The notes under the pieces: model-generated
Database searches by the model: none
Seen by the model: only the letters and a program-made list of their open reading frames with translations
What the model was told of the DNA's origin: nothing
Translations under genes and position numbers: made by a program
In this document: piece by piece, positions 22,649 to 34,499 of the stretch
Position numbering within the stretch: position 1 is the stretch's first letter
Layout of the letters: each line of letters begins with the position of its first letter
Assembly: GCF_006345805.1 (NCBI RefSeq)
Contig: NC_043005.1
Location: 86,986,001 to 87,050,000, forward strand
Length of the DNA stretch: 64,000 bases
Direction: 5' to 3'
DNA from: Octopus sinensis
Lineage: Eukaryota

Positions 22649-25148
22649 CTATTTATCATGAAACTTATTATATAGGTAAAGTAACTTATGTCTGCATTTT
22701 ATTTTGCGCTCTTCACCAGTATTAAGTAAATTATCATACTTATAAAATAAAATTTCTTTAAACTCATTAGAGCATAAATAACAACATTTAGCTCCTATAG
22801 TATATGATTTAGTTTTACAAATTATTTCCCAAATTAAACTATAATTAATATTTAGTGATTTAAGACTCCAAATGTACTTACTAAGTCCGGTTGAGTTGAT
22901 TAAGTTTTTATTTTTAAAAGAATTCATATGTTGTGCGATTCTTAGTTTTATTTTTGAGGAAGTAGAACCTATATAAACCGCTTTTGTGTAATTATTATTC
23001 TTAAAGTCATTATCATGTAATGTAACTATACATTTATACACTACATCGTTAATATCACAATTATTATTTAATATACAATTAGATTTATCTCTACATGTAC
23101 AATTAATATAAGTCTTATCATTATTAATATTATTATCAAATAATTTCTTTTTATAAAAATTATTCAGTTTATGTTTATTAAATGAAGAAATAATGTTACC
23201 AACATTATTAGTGGTAGAGTAACCAACTCCAAAATTATTAAAAGAGAAAATGTTTCTATATTTACGATTATCTCTAATAAATAGTTCTATAACATCTAAA
23301 ATCTCTTTAATAATATTCGTTTTTACTTGATCTCCATAAGGAACTATTAACCAAATTTTATTCTTATTAACCTTATTATTATTATCATTATTATAAATAT
23401 ATTTATAATTCTTTATTTTATTAAAATTATATCAGAATTATATCTATGTACAGCATTTAAGGAATTATTAATATTATTAAATTTATCAATATAATTATTA
23501 AAATTATTAAATTTATTTTTATTTATATTATTCTTATTTATATTATTATTATTATATTATTATTATTATTCTTATTTATATTTTTATCATTTTATTATTT
23601 TTTTATAATATCTATTATTTTTACCACTAAACCTAACAAAATTATAATTATTATTAGAAGTATCTCGAAAATTAACAATTAAATCTTTATCACTAATATT
23701 ATAAAATTTAATATTCCTATTATAACCTTCCCCTCTAAGGGCCTCATTATAATAATTAGCATGTTTATTAAAAATCTCTATATCATAAGAGAGTAAAGAA
23801 ATACGTTTACTTATATTATTAATCAACGATTTTTTAATAGAAAATGGGTGATTACTATTAACATTTATACATCTAAGGTTCTCATTAAGTTTATGATATG
23901 GTTGTGTTTTACCTGTAATAAGATTAAAATTAACATCTAAATAATTAACATTATAATTCTCCTTATATATAGTAATACTTAAACCATATCTTTTAAAGAA
24001 ACTATATAGTTTTTTCTTATATACTTCTAGATTCCTATTAGTACAATTCTTTGTAACTAGTAGAAGATCGTCTCTATATAAACCACCCTCTATCTTAAGA
24101 TTTTCTAATTGGAGTTCAGATAAAAGAAAAATACCTACTAAATCAGTAGCCTGTGCAGAATCTGGTGCTCCCATAGGTATATCAAAACAATCTCTAGTAT
24201 CATTCCTAGCCCATAATTTATTTTATATTTAATTAGCGATTTCCTAGCCATTTTAATTACATTAACTTCTTCCCGTGACATACCCACTTTATTCATTGCG
24301 AAAATAAGCGCTTTATTAAACACCAATTTCATTAATAGAAGAATAATAATTATCTATATCTATTTGAATAAATTTATAACGATTTTTATCTTTAATATTA
24401 TTAAACCATTTCAATGTATTATTATTACTAAACCATAATTTTAAATAATTAAGTTTATTTAACTTATCAATATATTTATCTAAAATAAATTTACTTAATT
24501 TACCTAGGTCCGATTTACATGGGCAAATTAATCTAACTTTAGGGTCTGAATAAAAATTATCTTTATGGTCTTTAAGAGTAATTCTGGGGTGCAAAGGTAC
24601 ATAAGGTTCAGTTTTATTATCCAACTCATATTTTAACATTACTACTTTAGAGGCCTTATTAATATTATAAAGAATATCATCTGGAACAATTTTATATTTT
24701 TAATTATTTCTTCCCTAATAGTTTATCATATAATTTAACATCTAATTTATATAAGTTCCTTGTTTTATCAGATTGTACTATAATACCATCCATATTTCTC
24801 ATATCTTTAATTTTAATTGCTAAATTCCTTAAATATTCATTATTTCTATTTGGGTATTTATGGAATTCAATATTTTTACTACCTTCCATATACTATCTTC
24901 AAGTAATTGTAATTCTTTATTAAATGGAGGTTCCTTTCTAGATTTAAATTTAGAGGTAAAATATCATTCCTACTATCAATATCATTAAATAAATAAAAAT
25001 TATAGTAAAAAGCTTTCCATTTAATTCTAGAAATAAAATCTTTAACATTATTAACAAGTTTCAAGATAAATTCCTTTCTAGAAGGAATAGGAATATCTTT
25101 CAAAGATGAATCCCAAAACAGCGGTTCTATCTTACCTGTAAAATCCAT
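22649..25148 (-). pseudogene. PLE RT-GIY-YIG polyprotein ORF, split by single-base indels in A-runs
   Basis: SLKDIPIP, SDKT, DHK..F..DPKVRLICPCKSDLGKLSK, IQIDIDNYYSSI, MGAPDS..GLYRDDL, CTCRDKSNC..VVYKC..YIGST..H.NSF..LS.YIW.LK..C.LC..E..CRH. Confidence 0.9.
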
Positions 25149-25204
25149 AATTTACGAAATTGAGGTATTACACTCAATATACAAAATTATCAATATTATA
25201 TAAA

Positions 25205-27730
25205 TAATAAATATTAGGGAATAAATCCAAATTTACAGGGAAAAAAATCAGATTTAGGATAAAATCCAATTTTATAGTAAAATATTATAAAATATTATTA
25301 GAGACAAAACCACTATTTTGCAAAACAAACAAGGAAAAGCCTTAATCAATACATAAAATTTTAATAAATAGTCAAAAAAACCGCCACTACAATCGTTTCT
25401 TGTCTTGATCGACAATCTTCAGGGGACTTCCAATCTAAAAAATCAATATTTTAAAATATAAAAATAATAATTTTAAATAAAAAGTATAATGAAAAAATAT
25501 AAGTATATAATCCATATATAACCTATATATAATCCATATATAATCAATATATAAACAATATATAAACTAAAAAAAACCTATCAACAAATTAAAATATAAA
25601 ATATAAATATAAAAAACAAAACAAAAAAATAAAAAATAATAATAATATAATAATAAACTATATATACACCCATACACATATACCTAATTATATAACCATA
25701 TCTAACTACATACACTAAATCACACACCTATATATATATCCCTATACATACACATAAAAACGTCTAGGCAACTATAAATAAATAAAATAGCTAAATACTT
25801 CAACACAATACTTATTCATACTCCCACACACACACACATACAACCCACATTCACGCTCTAGAAAACGGACATCACTCAAACTATGAACGGGAAATGGAAT
25901 AAATGGAATTAAAAATTATATTCACTTGTTGTAAAACGAACACTACTTAAAAATTATGAATGAAACAATGCAATAAAACAACAGACATCGCAAATAGACA
26001 CAAATTACTACGAAATCCTTAACAAACCTACCATGATAAACCAAAACTCATAAAAACATATAATGATAAAATCTCCTTTACTAAACTCTATAACAAACCT
26101 ATATAGCAATCCCCCTAACCTAAACATTCACACACAAATACACACACGTAAACCACACACCCACGACATATACAAATACCCACACCACTTACACATACCA
26201 ATACATACATATAAACCTCAACATATACTCCAAAAACCCACTCAACCCCACACAGACAAATAAACACAAAAATTATGAATGGATTCTTTTATAAAACTAC
26301 CATGATAAGCTAAAACTCACAAAACAGAAATGATAAAACCTCCCTTTACTAAACACTATAACATACTTATATAGCAATCCCTTTAACCTATACATTCACA
26401 CACAAAAACACACACGTAAACCACACACCCATAACAAATACAAACACCCCACCACCACACACACCCACAAGTACATATAAGCCTCAACATATACACCAAA
26501 CAAAATTACTTTACCAAGGAACTTAACATATGTATAAAAAGTATAACCGCTCTGGAAACGAACATCTCTAAATTAATGAATGGAGAAATGGAATAATGGA
26601 TTAAAAATAATATTCACGTGGCAAAACGAACACCACTCAAAAATTATGAATGAAACAATGTAAAAAAAACCAACATCGAAAATAGACAAATTACCACGAA
26701 TTCCCTAAAAAAACCATGATAAACCAAAACTCTTAAAAACATATAACGATAAAATCTCCCTTTGCTAAACTCTATAAAACAAACCTATATAGTAATCCCC
26801 CTAACCTAAACATTCACACACAAATACACACACGTAAACCACAGACCCACGACTTATACACATACCTATACTAACTTATAAACCTCAATATACACCAAAA
26901 CCCACTCCCTCCCCACACAGACAAATTAACACATACATCCCAAAACCTAAATAACAAACCCATATACACATTCACACACAAACACACACACACACGCAAA
27001 ACACACACACACAACAGATACATATACTCCCTCACATATACGCATATACATACTCACTAAACTCGATATATACAACAATATTTACACACCCACACTCATA
27101 CAGATAAATAAATTATACAACTAAAAACTCACACACAATCTCATATACATAAACACTCCTATGAAAACAACATTAAATACATCGTAATTAACCAGAATAT
27201 CAAAAATAGCAATATGACATAAGGATAAATAAAATACATACTTACAAGTCAGTTTCAAATTATGAAGTGAAATTAAATTCTTAGCCGTTAAAAAAATCAA
27301 ACCAAAATTACGTTACCATAGAAATAACTTATGTAAAAAAAGAATACGCGCCATGGAAAGTAAACGTCATTTAAATTATGAATGGAGAAATAGAATAAAT
27401 GGAACTAAAAACTATATCCACGTGGCAAACCAACACTACTTAAAAAATTTATTATGAATGGATTCTTTAAAAAAACTACCATGAAAAATCATTATACTAC
27501 ATTTATGAGCTTTAGCTCACCTTAGCAGCTCTAACAAACAACTTGCAGTAACCCAAACCCATTCTCTATGCCTACCTCTACTACACTATTCCATTCACAA
27601 TTCCAAGCAACGCTAGTCCACCACCCGGTTATTCACGTGGCAAAACGAACACCACTCAAAAATTATGAATGAAACAATGTAATAAAACAACCAACATCGA
27701 AAATAGACAAATTACCACGAATTCCCTAAA
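25205..27730 (-). repeat. 5' partial pLTR (copy B)
   Basis: Near-identical to 17910-20440; differences are mostly homopolymer indels. Confidence 0.88.
25384..25425 (-). ncRNA. Hammerhead copy with 1-nt deletion in stem I
   Basis: As 18089-18131 but AGGGG instead of AGGTGG. Confidence 0.75.
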
Positions 27731-27736
27731 AAAAAA

Positions 27737-28330
27737 AAATAGGTATATGTGTATGGGTGTATATATAGTTTATTATTATATTATTATTATTTTTTTTTTG
27801 TTTGTTTTATATTTTATATTTTATATTTTATATTTTATATTTTATATTTTATATTTAATTGTTGATAGGTTTTTTTTAGTTCATATATTGTTTATATATT
27901 GATTATATATAGATTATATATAGGTTATATATGGATTTATACTTATATTTTTTCATTCATGCTTTATTATTTAAAATTATTATTTTTATATTTTATATTT
28001 TATATTTTATATTTTATATTTTATATTTAATTGTTGATAGTTTTTTTTAGTTCATATATTGTTTATATATTGATTATATATAGATTATATATAGGTTATA
28101 TATGGATTATATACTTATATTTTTTCATTCATGCTTTAATTATTTTAAAATTATTATTTTTATATTTTAAAATATTGATTTTTTAGATTGGAAGTCCACC
28201 TGAAGATTGTCGATCAAGACAAGAAACGATTGTAGTGGCGGTTTTTTTGACTATTTATTAAAATTTTATGTATTGATTAAGTCTTTCCTTGTTTGTTTTG
28301 CAAAATAGTGGTTTTGTCTCTAATAATATT
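27737..28330 (+). repeat. Inverted pLTR fragment (copy C)
   Basis: Reverse complement of ~17990-18400 with a small internal duplication. Confidence 0.85.
28196..28238 (+). ncRNA. Minimal type I hammerhead ribozyme
   Basis: CCAC-CTGAAGA-TTGTC gatcaa GACAA-GAAAC-GATT-GTA/GTGG. Confidence 0.9.
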
Positions 28331-28331
28331 T

Positions 28332-28376
<45 letters not shown>

Positions 28377-28377
28377 A

Positions 28378-28437
<60 letters not shown>

Positions 28438-28726
28438 ACGTATATATATGTGTGTGTGCGTGTGTGTGGACAAAAGGTTTTTCGTAAGAAAATACATATT
28501 CAAGTAAATTTTAATGTCATGATTGGCGAGACCGAAACAGTTGACAAACAATATAAGATTTATTCAAAATTACATTAAAAGTATGTGAAATGTGTGCATT
28601 TTCCTTTTTTAAGTTCCTATATATATATATTACAACTCACCGCGTAGGGATAATCGAAATTCCGCCATTTCTGCTATATGTATATATGTATGTATGCATG
28701 TATGTATGTATGTATATATGTATATA

Positions 28727-28770
<44 letters not shown>

Positions 28771-30055
28771 TACATATAAATATATATATGTGTGTGTATA
28801 TATGTACTTATGTATGTATGCATGCATGTATGTATGCATGTACGTATGTATGTGTGATGGAGAGAGGGGAAGAGAGGGAAAGAAAGAAAAATATATATAG
28901 ATGGTGAACTGAATATGTTACCATAACAACTTCCAACAAATTATAGTTATTTGACTTTCACTTGTAAGTTTGTGTACTATAGATGTTAGCAACTATTTAC
29001 GCTCTGCTAGAGACAGCTTCAGAATCAATGTCTCACATGGATGAAACGAACTTTAAGAAACGCCTTTTTTTTCCGCCTACTCCCTCTCCAGCGGCTCTGA
29101 AGCTTTTAGGGTGGATACTATCGAACAGAATCTTGTAGACAGGAATAAATGAATTAACATGTGAACGACGCGTAATAACTACTGATCAATAGCAATGAAA
29201 GCTCGTGTTATATGCCAGCGCCCTGGTAGACTCTCAACCCTGCCAGAGTTTCTGGTGTTGAATGATATTCTAGATTGCTTTTGATAGTTTAAAAGATAGG
29301 TGACTGAGAAATATGTGGGGATATATAGTAAAAAAAGAATAATGGAAGAGAGGAAAAATTTATCGTAGGATAATGCCATTTAAATAAAAAGGACCCAGAA
29401 AATATAATCTTCACATAACGTTCACGTGTTTCTGAAAAGCGACCGCTGAAGTTTGCATAAGCTTAAACGATGTGTTATTCAACAAGTGTGTGTGTGTGTC
29501 TGTGTGTGTGTGTGTGTCTGTGTCTGTGTGTGTGTCTGTGTGTGAGTGTGTGAGTGTGTGTGTGTGTGTGGTGTGTGTGTGTGTGTGTGTGTATGAAAGC
29601 CAGGTTTTTTCATTCTTTCTTTTTCATTTTATTTTGCTCTTACTCTCATTTGTCGTAAAACGTAGTTTTGAATTCTAAACTCTCTTGGGAAGTCTTATAT
29701 TAAATTCTTTATCTTTGTAGGACAACTATTGAGTCATTTCTTTCTGTCATGTATGTATGTATGCATTAACATAAGTTCACACATGCATACTTACATATAT
29801 ACATACATACAGTATGGGAATATATTCGGTTTAAGCAATTGAGATTCAAGTGAGTTCTAATGAATTCACATGAATATGGTACTTAACTTGGATTCACCGG
29901 AAATCTATATGGTGTTAACCATACGACAAAGTGGGGTAATTACAAATAGGAAAAAAGCAACAAGAATGGATCAATATATCGGTACAATTGTTTCGTACGA
30001 GGACATCTTTAATAAAGCTTACCCCCTTTGATGTTTGGGAATCTCGGATGTTTTT

Positions 30056-30140
30056 TCGGCTGATGAATACGAGCCACCTATATTTACTGCAATTTTTGTA
30101 GCTTTATTAAAGATGTCCTCGTACGAAACAATTGTACCGA
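30056..30140 (+). ncRNA. Type I hammerhead with large loop II
   Basis: TCGG-CTGATGA-aTACGAG..CTCGTAc-GAAAC-AATT-GTA/CCGA; A-C mismatch at the stem II closing pair; inverted partial copy at 29950-30020. Confidence 0.72.
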
Positions 30141-30810
30141 TATATTGATCCATTCTTGATGCTTTTTTCCTATACATACATACACTAAAAAAATACTGTA
30201 AAATGAAGAGACCGGTATCCTACGTGTCAGCAGCGAGTGATCAGGAAGTACTGTTTTCCTGGTGACGTCTCGTACAACCTGAAAACAGCCAGACTTAGGT
30301 ACCTCAAAGAATACCCCGATGTGAAACACTCAGAACATAAAAAATACAAAAATGTGCTCGTATATTTCTAGACGTCTTGAAGAACAGAGCAATATCGAGA
30401 TGAAGCGAAGCTTCTCATGGACACGTGGCCGTTACATCACAGTTGGAAGGCTATGTATTTGTAGTCCAAGTGCAAATGATAGTTAGAAAATGACTAATAG
30501 AAACACCTGAGACAGTGAAGCTGTTGGAGATCGAAGATGCAACTGAAAATTCTGCGGATAACATCTCATATGTGATCAGCAGCTACCGAAATATGCAGCA
30601 TTGAATTACATCTCTATGTGAGATGACGTCACCACAAAAACTATATACAATGCCATTCGAAATGAATATACAGAACTCCTCTACCATTGCGTACATATAA
30701 AACCATCAACCCAAGAAATACCCGTGGAGTATTACCATAAGAACATGTATTAAGTGTAAAGATAACAAGCCGGATGTTGTTGTCTGGGACAGAAAAATAA
30801 AAGTAAGTAC

Positions 30811-30990
30811 CTATTTCTTTACTACCCACAAGGGGCTAAACACAGAAGGGACAAACAAGGACAGACATACGGATTAAGTCGATTATATCGACCCCAGTGC
30901 GTAACTGGTACTTATTTAATCGACCCCGAAAGGATGAAAGGCAAAGTCGACCTCGGCGGAATTTGAACTGAGAACGTAACGGCAGACATA
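30811..30990 (-). mobile_element. 5'-truncated tRNA-SINE, family of 9950-10179
   Basis: Reverse-complement match over the B box, body and tail. Confidence 0.85.
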
Positions 30991-32335
30991 ACTGCTGCCA
31001 TGCTGATGTAAATATCTCTTTCTGAAAGGGAATAGCTCTGGACAACGACTTCGGAATACCCAATTTCTATATCCAGATTATAGATTCACAATTATTATAC
31101 GAATAACAATTCGCGCAATTGGTTTTGTGAGTAAATGCCTAAGTGATAATCTGAGTAAGCTAGGGTTCTCAGAAAAAAATAGCAACCAACTCGCTCGAAA
31201 CCATCACAATCTGTAAGTGGAACAACAATAATATGCAAGACTTTTCTCAAATTTGAAATGTGGCATGCTTTTTCTTATCAACCATGGAACTTTCTACATT
31301 TGTGTGAGAACCCAGCATTTTCATTAGGGGAAGAATTTAAATAATTAAAAATAGAAGACAACGTACATACACATATACATACATACAGAAAGCCAATTCG
31401 AAAACTACACATCCAATCCATCAATGGAACTTTAAGAGTCTGTAAAACTTCAAATATATATCAGCATGTCTAAATATGCAACTATATTCATGAGAATACA
31501 TACATAAAACACACAAATCTACACACACTTACATACCCTGTTGTTGATGTTGAAATTCCAATGGAGGAACCCTGGATCTAGGTTAGAAAATGGTTCTTCT
31601 CTATTGGCAAGAAATAACCCCCACATATTTCTCAGTCACCTATCTTTTAAATATTTACTGAGCTGGCAAAACGTATCGAGGTTCCAACTCACTACATGGC
31701 GTTCAAAACATCTAACTAAAGGTAATTCTTGAAAACACCTGTAATTTTTATGAACCCTATTCAATCCACGTGAAGAGATCCCACAATTAAATATGGCAAG
31801 AGCTACAAACTAAGAGAAAATTGTCACCAATTATTCACACAGTATATTTAAGAGTGAGATGTATCGCTCATCTGACAGGACATTTGTATCACATGAAGGA
31901 TTAAGAGAATGATATAATAAACGCCTCTTGCTTGGCAACAACGGAAGCGTAGCTGAAAAATATCGAAAAATCTTTCAGCAATTATAACCATCAATAATAT
32001 TAGAACGGCTCATAAACTTAATGGTAGTAGGATAATTAACATTGAGTTTGTTCTTTTGAAGACGAACCGTGCCAGGAAAATACATATTGACGAATACACA
32101 CCTGCGCGTTGGGATATATGTGTGAGTTGCGCGTTTTTGTATGTATGTATGTATGTAGGCATGTATGTATGTACATATATACATACACGCATGCATACAT
32201 AAATAATTACATACACACATACCTACATACATACATATAGACATACACTCATACATACCTATATTTATAGGGATAAATATTTTTCTTTCCAAAACATTAG
32301 TGCTTTTAACACCATATTTTGCTAAAACATTCGTG

Positions 32336-32409
<74 letters not shown>

Positions 32410-33400
32410 CAGACAGACAGAAAGAAAGAGAGAGTGTGAGGGAACGACAGTGACAGAGAGGGAGAGAGAGCGCGAAAAGGGGCAATAAACAGGTAATGAA
32501 AGATCCTCACTTTGAATGAATGATCATCACACTGGTAGGGTAATGCCTCTGACAAATGCATCCCTCGTAATTTTGTAAAAGGCATTAATAAAAATGACAT
32601 TACATTTATGAATTCGAGGTTTCCCTCAGAATTTGAAGCTGCTTTTGACACTTCAGTTCGATTGTAAAACAAAAACGATAGAAGTATTTACATTACATCA
32701 AAAGTGAATGTAGTTTCGTTCATTAAGTGTTTATAAACGATGAATCAGTAAATGCCTGTAGTTCACAATAGATTTGCAGAGTTGTATATATTCACTCGTT
32801 TGTAAATGGGAAGCAAGATTCAACAATCACAATTCATTATTGCGTTTGGTACGAATGTTTATATGGTTACACATCCAGGAAATATTTACATGTGCATATA
32901 AACCTATAAAGACTTCCTATCGATCGCTTTCTAAAATCAGGTTGTAATAAAAAAAATGTCATAACTCAAGTTTATCAGCAAACGTAATAATCAATCCAGC
33001 TTGTATGCATACATACAAATACATACATGCATACACACACACACACACACACCACACACACACACACACACCACACACACACATATATATATATATAATA
33101 ACGATAACAAAGATATTATACAGTTTTGTACAAAATAAGGTATTGTTCTTTCAATATAATTGAAGTAAGGACTGGTTTCGAATTGCTCATCAAACTGAGA
33201 GTTAAAAGAGATAAATTGCCAAGGGAAAATATTGCTAGGAGCGATAAATGTTCACTCATTTATTTTGCAATGAAGGGGAGATAAATCCGCAATTTTCATT
33301 TTGTATGTGTGTGTGTGTGTTGTGTGTGTGTGTGTTCTCTGTTAGACTTGATCTTGAATATTTGTCCTTGTCTGAAATTGAATTCCGATCCCCTGATATA

Positions 33401-33458
<58 letters not shown>

Positions 33459-33570
33459 AATTAAATTAAGGGTAAAAATTGATATTTATCAATTAGAACC
33501 AGTGGTCTAGCATATTATAGAAAGAATCCGAAGATTAAAATATTTATATATACCAATTAAGGACTTAATT

Positions 33571-33619
<49 letters not shown>

Positions 33620-33632
33620 TATTATATATGTA

Positions 33633-33697
<65 letters not shown>

Positions 33698-34499
33698 CAA
33701 CGAGATTAATATTTGTTTCGTATTATAGAAACAAAAGGGTTTATAAGACTGCAAAAGAAGTGCTCAAATATAAATGGGACGAAAATACACTTTAATGTAA
33801 TTGAACTACGGTGGTGAGCTCCCAAAATAACCATAGATATATGTGAATGTTGCATTTGACCTGTGAATTTAACCTGTGGAAGTCTGCTAACTTATGAACT
33901 TTGGGCGTACCTGTGTGAGGGAAGTAAAAGACTATTTCAAATATTTTTTATGAAAAACATCTTTTTTATAATTTAAAAAAAATATTTTATTCGTGAGATA
34001 AAATCTTTTTCGTTGGCGGACACTTATTTTATCTTTATTCTATACTTGTGCAGTAGGATTTTGATAGTTTTGAATTTTTAGTCTTTACATGTAACTTTTG
34101 ATGAGGCGTTCTATTTGTATTTTAATAGGATATATACATATATATATATATATATTTACATTCTGTGATTTTATGTATACGTATTAGGTTTTTACGTTAT
34201 TTGTTTATATATGATTAAATGTTTGAGGGGTGGTGTTGTATGTAAAGTTTTTGACCCATTGTTCTGTAACTAATGCTTCTTGATATATATATATTATATA
34301 TACACTGCAAATTTAAGGCCACAAATTTCAAATTACAATCAGAAAGTAAACTTGTTTTTTGCAGTGAATATTTTTTTTAATTGCATATTCTTCTTAACAG
34401 TATTAATTAAAATCATTGTATAAATTTTAGAGTTAATTAAATTTTTGTCTGGTTTCGAAGTTATAATTCACCTATCCCTGATGTGAGGAAAAAACAGGA

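Larger units (their letters stand above)
17910..28330 (-). mobile_element. Penelope-like element (probable Hydra clade) with giant pLTRs and 5' inversion
   Basis: RT and GIY-YIG ORF at 22649-25148; direct repeats 17910-~20440 and 25205-27730; inverted repeat 27737-28330; HHRs; (AT)n on both flanks. Confidence 0.9.
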
